DNA of 64,000 nt from positions 41,102 through 105,101 of IMG/VR virus record IMGVR_UViG_3300012348_000111. The stretch is one strand, 5' to 3'. The position numbers and the translations under genes are program-made. The DNA comes from a virus. Positions 19,717 through 29,300 of this stretch are shown here, one piece after another. The number at the start of each line of letters is the position of its first letter. Position 1 is the stretch's first letter. The notes beneath the pieces were generated by a model. That model searched no databases, was not told the DNA's origin, and saw only the letters and a program-made list of their open reading frames with translations.

Positions 19717-22230
19717 TTATTTAGTTTTTCTTGTTGTTACTTTTTCTTCAGGAATAACATCTGTAGTTTTAGTCGATTTTGCATCAGTTTTTTTATTCTT
19801 TTTCAATAACTGATCTTCTTCTTTAGGAACTATTCCAAAATTAAATACAGGTCTTCCTTCAGGATCTACCGTCATAGAATAAGGCTTGTCTTTTCCTATT
19901 TCAAAAGCTGACTGAAGATTATCTAAATAAAGAGATTTAAGATTTTCATCTTGATCGTATTTAGCTTTATTTTTAATAATACTAGTTATAGCTGCTTGTT
20001 GTTCTGCAGTAGCAGCATCTCTTGCTTCAGCTATTAAATTATTATATGTACGATCAAACAATTGCGCATTCATCATATCTGCACGTTGTTGTGATTGTGC
20101 ATTAAACATGTCTGCTTGCATTCTACCTTGAGCATCAAAGTTTTGTTTAGATTGGAATGCTTTTTCTTTTCCACCAATACCTGCAATATAAGCTGATAGG
20201 GGATCTGCTCCTGCTCTTATTGATGCTTGACCCATATTATCTATGTCTTGTAATTGAGATTGAATATTAAGGGTTTGAGGACGTAAATAAGGACTATCTA
20301 TTTCAGGTATAGCATATGGAAAAGTTTCTTGAGCATTTGCTAATCCCATTATACCAGGTATAGCTTGTTCTAAAGGAAAAGCTTGTCTATAATACTTGCC
20401 TGAGTTTTTACCTTCTGCTTTTTCAAACTTTGGTGTTTGATATGTTTGATTTTCAACTTTAGTTTCTTCTGCTTTATTTTCCGTTGCTTTAGCTGGTTCA
20501 GTAGCTTCAGGTGTTGCTTCAACTGGTGTTTCTTCCTGTTTAGGCATTAGTGTTCTTGTACCTAATTTACCATCAACGTATGCTTTTTTAAGTTTAGCTA
20601 AATTTTCATTAGTAAGAGCACTTGGATCAAACTTACCATCTTTAGTTAATTTAACTAAAGTAGAATCTTTCTTTCCTTCGTTAGTAAGTCCATATTCTAA
20701 CCACATTTGCTTAATAGACTCTGGATTATTTTTTAATGCATAATCATATATTGATGATTGAAAATCACCTTCTGTCATATTTTCAGCATTAGGAATAATG
20801 TTTTTCCAAGGAGCAATGTATTCTTCTACTTTTTTAGTACGTGCAAAACTAGATTTACCTGTTGGTGTTTTAGCACCTTGAGCTGTTAAAGATTCTAGAT
20901 ATAATTTTAATTTAGCTTTATCTTTAGGATCATTAGATTTAGAAAGATCGTTTATAATCTTAGCTGATTGCGGATCTATATTTTGATTATTATTTAATAC
21001 TAATTCTGGTCCAGACATAGGTAATGCTGGAGTTGTATTAGTGTTTCCCATAACATCAGGAACCTGCATTGTAGAAAACAAAGATTGTCCCATTGGAAGT
21101 CCTGGTGTTGTATTTGTAGATCCCATTAAATCAGGAACAGTCATTACACCATTTTGACTATTATTCCAGTCTTGTTCCGTATACCAATTATCACCGTCTT
21201 GAAGTTTAGGAAGACTATATCCTCCATACTCCATATTAGAGATGATTTTATTTTGTACTGCCTTAGGGAGTGCTCTAAATCCAGGATTGTTAATTGATGC
21301 TCCGTATTTAGCCATTGGCTCTCCATTGGAGTTACCGTTCATTAACTGTTGATCCATGAATAGTTTATCAAGAACCTTTTGATTCTTTTGTTTCATGATC
21401 ATTGCGGTATCTTTATCTACTTGTTTAGAAAACTTATTATTTAGTATTTCGTCGTATTTAGTATTGTCATACTTTTTAGCCATTTGGGCAAATGTCTTTT
21501 TTGAACCCATTGGTTTCATATGATTAGAAAATACTTTTGTACCATCAGGGAGAGATGTTTGTATTCCTCCATTACTATGAGATGGTCCATATGCCATTTC
21601 TGTTGACATATCTGGAAGTTGTAAGTATTCTCCACCTTCTATCTCTACATTATTAATAGAGTTTGGTGTATTGTATCTTTTGTTTATTTGTGCTCCCATT
21701 TGTGCTTTTACTATAGGTTGATATTCTGTACCCCCATCTGTAGTTCTACCATACATGTAGTTGTAGTCGTATTGAGGTTGAGATTGTCTATCTTGTATAG
21801 AACTATAAAGGTCTTGTCTGTTTTGTAATTCTTGGTTTCTATTTAAACCCATACTAGTTAAACCCATACCTAAAGTTAAAAGAGAATATGGATCTACTGC
21901 TCTTTTACTTGTTTCAGTTTCTTCTTCTTCTTTTGGTTGTTCATTTTCAATATCTCTTTCATTATATTGACCTTGTGTAAGTGGTCCTAGATCTAATTGA
22001 GAGTTATTTAGATTAACATCATAAATATTTAAAGGAGATAAGAAAGGAGTATATGTGTTTTCTGCTTGTTTGTTACTAAATACACCAGGAGCAAAAGAAG
22101 CATCTTGTGTAGTAATAGTTCCTTCAGGTTGATCAGTTGTGGTATAATTACCAAAAGGAGCTGGTTTTTTAAACGCTCCATTTTGATATTTTTTTAACTT
22201 ATTGTTTTTGTTCTGTTTAGATGATTTCAT
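19717..22230 (-). CDS. Cargo protein 1-like internal virion protein
   Basis: NVEIEGGE...GPSHSNGG...VFSN block typical of crAss-like cargo protein; repeated xxG[GA] motifs. Confidence 0.7.
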   Translation of the reverse strand: MKSSKQNKNNKLKKYQNGAFKKPAPFGNYTTTDQPEGTITTQDASFAPGVFSNKQAENTYTPFLSPLNIYDVNLNNSQLDLGPLTQGQYNERDIENEQPKEEEETETSKRAVDPYSLLTLGMGLTSMGLNRNQELQNRQDLYSSIQDRQSQPQYDYNYMYGRTTDGGTEYQPIVKAQMGAQINKRYNTPNSINNVEIEGGEYLQLPDMSTEMAYGPSHSNGGIQTSLPDGTKVFSNHMKPMGSKKTFAQMAKKYDNTKYDEILNNKFSKQVDKDTAMIMKQKNQKVLDKLFMDQQLMNGNSNGEPMAKYGASINNPGFRALPKAVQNKIISNMEYGGYSLPKLQDGDNWYTEQDWNNSQNGVMTVPDLMGSTNTTPGLPMGQSLFSTMQVPDVMGNTNTTPALPMSGPELVLNNNQNIDPQSAKIINDLSKSNDPKDKAKLKLYLESLTAQGAKTPTGKSSFARTKKVEEYIAPWKNIIPNAENMTEGDFQSSIYDYALKNNPESIKQMWLEYGLTNEGKKDSTLVKLTKDGKFDPSALTNENLAKLKKAYVDGKLGTRTLMPKQEETPVEATPEATEPAKATENKAEETKVENQTYQTPKFEKAEGKNSGKYYRQAFPLEQAIPGIMGLANAQETFPYAIPEIDSPYLRPQTLNIQSQLQDIDNMGQASIRAGADPLSAYIAGIGGKEKAFQSKQNFDAQGRMQADMFNAQSQQRADMMNAQLFDRTYNNLIAEARDAATAEQQAAITSIIKNKAKYDQDENLKSLYLDNLQSAFEIGKDKPYSMTVDPEGRPVFNFGIVPKEEDQLLKKNKKTDAKSTKTTDVIPEEKVTTRKTK

Positions 22231-22287
22231 AACTTTAAAAGTTATAACATAATAAGTTATTAACTTATTAGTTTATAGATAGATATA

Positions 22288-22317
22288 CAAATATACAAGA
22301 TTATGTAAAAAAAGCAA
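22288..22317 (-). promoter_or_regulatory. Bacteroidota-type -33/-7 promoter
   Basis: TTG-N19-TATATTTG upstream of 22230. Confidence 0.75.
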
Positions 22318-22322
22318 GATAA

Positions 22323-22466
22323 TTATCTACCTTGCCCTTTGTACGTTTTCTTATAGTTTTTGCTTTGTTTTAGTCCACTGGTTTTAGTTTTAGCATGTAC
22401 ACCAGGTCTGTTAACTTTTGGTTTTTCTTTATGTAAAGAAGAGGTTTGGGTTTTTACTTTTGCCAT
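22323..22466 (-). CDS. Small basic protein (47 aa)
   Basis: Hand translation MAKVKTQTSSLHKEKPKVNRPGVHAKTKTSGLKQSKNYKKTYKGQGR; fills the intergenic gap in operon orientation. Confidence 0.7.
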   Translation of the reverse strand: MAKVKTQTSSLHKEKPKVNRPGVHAKTKTSGLKQSKNYKKTYKGQGR

Positions 22467-22474
22467 TATATTAG

Positions 22475-24499
22475 TTATTTAAATTTTTTTGTTTTTAAGT
22501 AGGATCTCTGTAATCCACCATATTTCTTTTTTTCTAATTGAGATGCTCCTAAAGCTGTAGCTGCTGGTGCTCCCCACAATCTATTAAATAAAGCTGCTAA
22601 TTTTTTAGGATCTTTATCTATAACATTAAGAAATTTTGGATCTACAAATTTTGCATTTTCTGGAATTTCAATTTTTCTTATTATGTCTTTAGCCATTTCT
22701 GGAGTAACCATAGTAGATTGTTCTGGAGTCATTCCTAAAAGGTTTCTTAACTGCATAATTCTAGCATGCATTTCAGTTGGTTTAGCTAGATATTCTAAAT
22801 GAAAGGCTTCGGGTGAATAATCATATGTACCACTAGACATACTTTTCTTTAAATTATCAGAGTATAGATCTTTTATAAAATCGGTTTGTCCAGATTCTCT
22901 TAATAAGTAATTAGAAGTCCAATCATGAGTTCCTTCATGTATAGTAGTAGAGCGTCTTTGTGCTGAAGACCTAGAAGGAATTCTACTAATAAAACTACCC
23001 ATTTTAGGATTATTTAATGTTTCTGGCATTAATCTTTCATAAGGATCTTTTCTATGGAGGTAACTTACACCAGTATTACCAGAATGCATATGAGTATCAC
23101 CAGAAAAAAGATCTTTTAATTGTTGTGAAAAAGGATATTCTTTAGAAATAGGTGTAAATGATTTAGCTTGCTGATAACCTAATCCATATTGATCATTTCT
23201 TTGAGAGGCCCAAGCTAAATCATTTTCTATTTTATTTTGAGTTATTGGATCAGCTATCCAATTCTTTAACCAGGTATTTCCTTCTTCAATAGCTTTTCTA
23301 TTTTTACCACCTTTAATTATTTCTCCTTTTAATTCACTACCTATACTTTTAATATTTGCTACTCTATCTGGTATACCAAATATATCTAAAAGATCAGTAA
23401 TTGTACTCTCTGCTTCTCCTAAATTAGAAATACTTGCTGGATTACGTTTATAAATATTCTTTATGGGTTGTTTTAATAATCCTGCTCCAAGTAAATTAGT
23501 TGGATCTAATACCGCATCAACTGCAAATGCTCCGTAAGGATTTTGAATATTCATTGCCTCAGAAGGGGTTTGTACTTTACCAGTAACAGCATAAGTTGCT
23601 GCATACTGAGGGGCATTCATAGATTCAAATGCAAGGTTCATAAATGGATTAGGTTGTTTATACCATTCAGATCCTCCTGTTGCATCACTTATTCTTTTAG
23701 CATAAGATCTTCCAAATTTTCTTAAAGGTCTTTGTATATAGTTATCAAACCATCCTTTATCTTTAGCACGTACATGTACTTGTCCTATTGTTTCTGGGTT
23801 TTGTTCTGTTGATACTTCTCCAGCATCTTGATAAGATTTTAACCAACCACCGCCTTGCATTCTAGGTTTAATCATAGGAGCTAATCTAGTATTGTCTTGA
23901 TAACCTCCAAATTGAGTTTGCTGATAAGGATTTGAATTTAGAATAGTTCTTGCTCTATCTACTGGTTGAGTAAAACTATTACCTATTTTAGATGCTCTAT
24001 TTAAATTGTGTGAGCTAGATGCCAATCCTCTTGCTAGGTTACGAGTTCCTGCATTATTAGCAACTCTTGCTGCAGCCATAAAGCCTTTAGCAGCACCTCC
24101 AGTCAAAATATTTGCAGTATTTAATCCTGCACCTAACCAATCACCTTGATACAAATCATAAGCTAATCCTAATCCTGATGCAGTCATGCCAACTGGTCCT
24201 GGTATCATAGAAGTAACATCTAATGCTACTTCTGCACCATTCTGCATTTTACGTTCATAAACAGAATTATCATTAGGAAAAGAATACTCTCTTCCTGGTT
24301 GCATAATTTGTTTTTGTCCTGATTGCATACCTATGCCCATAATAGGAGAGTCAAAGTAATCTGATTCTCCATTAGGACCTTTCATCGTAATCCTATTAGA
24401 AGGAACTACTACAGGATCGTTTTGATACCACATACCCGTATTACTTACAGGTGTTTTAGTAAATCTTTTTTTAGCTTGATATGTATTTTTTAATCCCAT
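22475..24499 (-). CDS. Modular virion protein with pre-toxin-TG-like segment and C-terminal zincin metallopeptidase
   Basis: ALDVTSMIPGPVG...YQGDWLGAGL segment; TIHEGTH...EMHAR zincin; domains separated by xxG[GA] motifs. Confidence 0.6.
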   Translation of the reverse strand: MGLKNTYQAKKRFTKTPVSNTGMWYQNDPVVVPSNRITMKGPNGESDYFDSPIMGIGMQSGQKQIMQPGREYSFPNDNSVYERKMQNGAEVALDVTSMIPGPVGMTASGLGLAYDLYQGDWLGAGLNTANILTGGAAKGFMAAARVANNAGTRNLARGLASSSHNLNRASKIGNSFTQPVDRARTILNSNPYQQTQFGGYQDNTRLAPMIKPRMQGGGWLKSYQDAGEVSTEQNPETIGQVHVRAKDKGWFDNYIQRPLRKFGRSYAKRISDATGGSEWYKQPNPFMNLAFESMNAPQYAATYAVTGKVQTPSEAMNIQNPYGAFAVDAVLDPTNLLGAGLLKQPIKNIYKRNPASISNLGEAESTITDLLDIFGIPDRVANIKSIGSELKGEIIKGGKNRKAIEEGNTWLKNWIADPITQNKIENDLAWASQRNDQYGLGYQQAKSFTPISKEYPFSQQLKDLFSGDTHMHSGNTGVSYLHRKDPYERLMPETLNNPKMGSFISRIPSRSSAQRRSTTIHEGTHDWTSNYLLRESGQTDFIKDLYSDNLKKSMSSGTYDYSPEAFHLEYLAKPTEMHARIMQLRNLLGMTPEQSTMVTPEMAKDIIRKIEIPENAKFVDPKFLNVIDKDPKKLAALFNRLWGAPAATALGASQLEKKKYGGLQRSYLKTKKFK

Positions 24500-24509
24500 G
24501 TATTATGGA

Positions 24510-24974
24510 TTAGCATTTCCAACGTCTACGTGCTTGTCTAATTCTTGAGTTAGGATCGTTCTGTGTTTTTTGAGAAGAACGTTTTAATTGACCTAATGAT
24601 CTTGCACAATATGACTTTCTACGGTTAGCAGCTTTTGAGCCAGGCTTTACTTTACCTGTTACAGCTGTTTTAAGCTTAGATCCAGGATTAGCACGTCTAT
24701 ATGCCATTACTCCCTTTTGAGTCATTCCTGCACCAGATTTAGTGGGTCTATAGTTAGCTCCAGGTCCTTTAGTTGTTTTAGGTATAGTTCCACCTTTAGC
24801 CATGTATGCTTGTTTAAGACGACCACCCATACCCATAGATTTAGATTTAATTTTTTTCTCTTGAGCTAGCATTTCTTTTGTAGGCTTTTTACCAGAACCT
24901 TTATTAGCTCTAATATTATCCCACAAACCGCGTTGAGAGTAAGATCCATCTTTACGTTTAAGCATTTGTTTCAT
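24510..24974 (-). CDS. Small basic phage protein (RRKSYCAR type, DUF6321-like)
   Basis: K/R-rich; GMTQKGV...NPGSKLK...RRKSYCAR...RWKC. Confidence 0.6.
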   Translation of the reverse strand: MKQMLKRKDGSYSQRGLWDNIRANKGSGKKPTKEMLAQEKKIKSKSMGMGGRLKQAYMAKGGTIPKTTKGPGANYRPTKSGAGMTQKGVMAYRRANPGSKLKTAVTGKVKPGSKAANRRKSYCARSLGQLKRSSQKTQNDPNSRIRQARRRWKC

Positions 24975-24977
24975 GAC

Positions 24978-25364
24978 TTATTTTTTTAATTTGGCTTTGT
25001 TCTTTAAGCTAGATCCTTTACCAGCATTTCTTGCTGCAAAAGATTGACCGCTTTTACTCATAGGAGTAGAAGCTACAACTGTACCTTGAACACGAGGAAC
25101 CATCATTCCCATCTGACCTTTATTCATTTTAGAAAGAGTCTTAGCAAGATTAGCTCTCTTTACTGTAGTAGAAGAAAACTTTTCTTTGTTTGCTAATACT
25201 TTGTCTCTGAATGCAGGTACAGACATTCCTGCTTTTTTAGCCTGTGCAGTAAATGATCCTGGGTTTTTAGAAACTGCTTTTTTTATCCAATTACCTCCAC
25301 TTTTCATTTTTACTTTACCGCCACAAGACATACAAGACTTGTAAGCATTTTTTAATTTATTCAT
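24978..25364 (-). CDS. Small basic protein
   Basis: Lys-rich; WIKKAVSKNPGSF...KRANLAKTL; xxGG motifs. Confidence 0.65.
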   Translation of the reverse strand: MNKLKNAYKSCMSCGGKVKMKSGGNWIKKAVSKNPGSFTAQAKKAGMSVPAFRDKVLANKEKFSSTTVKRANLAKTLSKMNKGQMGMMVPRVQGTVVASTPMSKSGQSFAARNAGKGSSLKNKAKLKK

Positions 25365-25369
25365 ATCTT

Positions 25370-25954
25370 TTATCTATTTAAAAATTCAATTAATTGTTCT
25401 TTTGTATTGTTTCTAGTACCATATATATTATGGAAACTTCCTTTAATAGATGGATTATGACACTTATTACAAAGAGTTATACCATTATCTACACAATATC
25501 TTAAATCCTCGTGATTAGAGTAGTTTAATATATGGTGTGCATGTAAATTACTTCCAGTAGAATCTTTACATTTTTTACAAGTATAACAATCTCTAGAATA
25601 TACAGCATCTCTCCATTCTTTATATTCTTTTGTTCTTTTGTCTATAGAACGAATATCAGATATTCCCCCTTTCCAATTTGGAGATTTATTTCCTATATAC
25701 GTTTTAGCCCACAATGTCTGTCTACAAATATTACTACATGCAATTGCAGTATGTTCTCTATACTTTTTTACTTTAAAAATAACACCACAATTTTTACAAG
25801 AAATATCTACATGTTTATTTTTAGGTTTAGCTTTTCCTTTAGCTGAACATATTTTAGAACAAAATTTACCAGCTCCTTTTCTATGCCATGCTGCTTTAGT
25901 AGTAAATTCTTTACTACATAATTGACAAACACATAAAACATCAGAAGAAGACAT
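25370..25954 (-). CDS. HNH endonuclease with N-terminal zinc ribbons
   Basis: CxxC/FCSxxC repeats, NWKGG, and HAHHI...NGITLCNKCH. Confidence 0.85.
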   Translation of the reverse strand: MSSSDVLCVCQLCSKEFTTKAAWHRKGAGKFCSKICSAKGKAKPKNKHVDISCKNCGVIFKVKKYREHTAIACSNICRQTLWAKTYIGNKSPNWKGGISDIRSIDKRTKEYKEWRDAVYSRDCYTCKKCKDSTGSNLHAHHILNYSNHEDLRYCVDNGITLCNKCHNPSIKGSFHNIYGTRNNTKEQLIEFLNR

Positions 25955-25957
25955 ATT

Positions 25958-26338
25958 TTATGTTAGACTTAATAGATATTGAGTCTTAGAATAAAGAGCA
26001 ATAATCTCATCAATAATATTTTGAAGATGTGTATTGTCTTTACCAAAAACTTCTCTGTGTTTCATTAAATATTCTTTAATGTATTTAATGTGAGCTTGAG
26101 CATTCATATATTCAGATGCTGGGATCTTAATATTTAATCTTTTACCTATTGTTCCATAATAGGATTCAATTAAATCGTCAACAAGATCTAATAAAGAATC
26201 ATAAAGACCATTTAATGCTTTGTGTTCAGCATACGATGTTGTTGCTAAATGAGTCAAATGAATGATGTCTCTTGACTGAAAAAGTTGACCTAAAACTAAT
26301 TCAGGTTTAATTGTGGTGAAAAGTTCTTTTTCTTTCAT
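25958..26338 (-). CDS. Ferritin-like/Dps-like protein (DUF5856-like)
   Basis: HLTHL..TSYAEHKALNGLYD...DDLIESYYG...NIIDEI..L.SKT.YLL.L four-helix pattern. Confidence 0.75.
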   Translation of the reverse strand: MKEKELFTTIKPELVLGQLFQSRDIIHLTHLATTSYAEHKALNGLYDSLLDLVDDLIESYYGTIGKRLNIKIPASEYMNAQAHIKYIKEYLMKHREVFGKDNTHLQNIIDEIIALYSKTQYLLSLT

Positions 26339-26344
26339 GGTATT

Positions 26345-29300
26345 TTAGTTGGTTTGTGTTATTTGTAAATGATTAATAAATCTGTAACGTGAATACTTAT
26401 CTTGAATTAATCTTACTTTACATAAATCAGATTTGATTTTTTGTTTCTGATAAGATACAGAAGAAGGTATTACAGTTTTAGTATTTGGTACTTTATCTAT
26501 TGGGTGTTGTAATTTCTTATCATCCCATTTAGTTGACCATAACGGTTGCCCATTAGATTGATTCACAATGCTCCAAAATCCATTAAACGTATATATGTTC
26601 TCTCTACGTGAGATAATCGTTTCTATGCCGTTTAAAGTGGTTCTAGGGTACATTATCTTTTGGCGAGTATTACCAAACTCTTCAGGAATAAGATTAATTA
26701 TTCCAGATGACTGCTCTCTATTGTAAATAATAGCTTTGGTAAAGTTTGCCAAGTTTTTATTATTTGCTGTTGCAATAGAGTAGTATTCGTAATCAGAATA
26801 GTATTCTTGAATATCTTGAATTAAACTGATTGAGTTTGTTGTTGCTGTTTTAGGAAAAGAGTTTACATTGTATTCAAGAATGTAAGGATACAACTTATTG
26901 TAGTAAGTTTGATATGTAAGATTATTTAAGTTATGATTCCAAGTAGACGATCCTAATGGTGTGTTTATTATTGTTTGGAAGTTACCTAACAATGAAACAT
27001 AGTAGTTAGGAGTAAATGAATAGAAAGAAATAAAGTTTTTAAGTTTAGGTGAATACCCTATAGTCCAAGAATGATTTTCCCAAATATCTTCATTTGAAAA
27101 TAATGCTTCTGTTTGAGTTCCTGTTATAACAAACTTTTTAGTTTCGTCATTATAAGTAACACTTGTTTTACCAGTTAACTTATAATCGAGTTTAGTTATA
27201 AATACTCTTTCAAATCTCTCATCCCATCCCATAGAAATACCAATTCCTTTTGCTGGATTATCTATATCCGCATTAGGGAAATCTTTTAGTATTCTAAATG
27301 GAAGGTTTTGTTTAAACCAGTTAAAGTTTGTATCTGATTTAATTTCACTAAATCCTTGTTTAGAAATTTGATAAATATGTCCTCTTTTAGCATCTACCCA
27401 GAATGTTCCGAATTCAGTTCTTATTTGAGCTTTATGTTGTGAACCTACATAACCAATATCTGATTTAGATATGTCTATAGGTTTTTGTTTAAACATACTA
27501 GCATCTCCTATTTCTAGTTGAACAGGTGATGTAGATTCTATTTGTACTCTTGCACCATATACTTTAGTTGTGTTTTCAAAACGAGCATAAACTAATTCGT
27601 TTTCTCCACCAGTAAGGTTAATAAGTCTTCCTCCTTCTTTAGGGAAATCAAAGAAGTTACCTCTCTTAAATGTTTGCCACCCATCACTAAAATATTTAGT
27701 AGTATTTGCTTTTTCAGAATAAATAACTCTATTCGGATGTACTACTACACATGTTCTATTTGGATTATCTACTGTGTATGGTAAGTTAGGGCTTATATTT
27801 TGAGCAGAGTATGTTGCGTTATAGTGATAGAAGTTATCAAACTTAATTGGTACGTTTACTTCTTTTAACCACTCGTCAGGAATTTCATCACTTACGTTAG
27901 GATAGAAGTTTTCTTCTCTATCGTTTCTACCGTGTCTAAAGTCTACGTTAACATCTGACTCTACAAAGAAAATAGGAATACCATAAGAAGCTGTATAGAA
28001 CTGTCCTTTCTTATAAAGAGAAACTGAGCTATTAGCTGAATCTAAATTTATCTTAGGTTTCTTTATATCGTAAAGTGAAGCTAGTGCTAATTGTATGGCT
28101 CCTATTTGTAATACTTGAGCAGCATTAGTTGCTCCAGCAGGAATAGGAGTCGGTAATATATTATTAGCTGATATTACAGAAGCAGTTGCTACTCCTATAG
28201 CTGTTGCGGCAGCACCAACCAATATACCCAAAGATACCCAATCAATTTCATCTGAAGAAGTTCCTATGAAGTAAGTAGGATAAGCTAAGTTAGGAAATAA
28301 CCAGTAATCAAAAGGCATGTCTTTTGTTTTAGCTGGAAGATTTGCTAAGTTTCTAGTAAAGAAAGAATGCTTGCGTTTAAGAGCAAATTTATTAATATAA
28401 GTATCTCCTCCAAATGCAGGATAATACTTAGGTTTTAATACTGCTTTATCTGCAACAAAATTATCTTCTAAATCTACTATGTAACCAGTTGATACGTACC
28501 TTATGTTTTCTATTTGGCCGTATTGATTTTCAAATGTTCTTTTAACTGAAGTATAGTAAGCTCTAGTTCTTTTAGAACTATCTACAAGTATTGGATTTTT
28601 CTTTATTGTAGGATCTTGAATTTCAGAAATAGTATATCTAGATGTATCGTAGTTATCATCAACTATAGGGCCAGTATGATGAATAAAAGTATCATTTGTT
28701 TTTAAATATACACTTGATTCTCTTAATCTATTATGTACTGGAATATCGTCTTCAACACTAGATATTTTAGAATCTAAATATTTTCCTATGTCTAGAAATC
28801 TTCTTTTGTTTCCTGTGTTACCAATAGGAGAATAATTGTTGTATGCAGCTACTGAGTTATATTGCCAAGCAAAGTTTATGTAAGGTACTAACTTTTCTAT
28901 AATATCGTAAAGAAGTTGTGTTTGAGCAACTTGATTTGCAATATTGGTTGTTAGTTCAGAACCTAGTGGTTCGGTTGCTGAAGCTTTTACAGAACCCGTA
29001 AGTATATAAGCAGCTCCCGCACCTAGTACAAAAATTAAAGAATCGGATACTAGATTTAAAAACTTATATTCAGGATGTTCTTCTACTGGTACAAAGTGAC
29101 CTAATACTTGACCATACTCAATTGTTTCAAGTTTAAGTTCAGTTCCTATCTTAGGATATTGAAAAGTAGTGTCTGGTGAATAGAAAGTAAAACGATTTTG
29201 TAATCTAGGAGTTCCTTGATAGTTAAAAGGATTTTGCTGAAAAGAAGTACTTAATGATTCACCCCTATCTCCTTCTTCATACCATTCAGCTTTGTTTGCC

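Noticed and set aside
21016-21144. Degenerate 54-nt duplication (VPD.MG.TNTTP.LPM) as a possible DGR template/variable pair
   Set aside because: Differences are not adenine-restricted and no reverse transcriptase is in the window; ordinary intragenic duplication.
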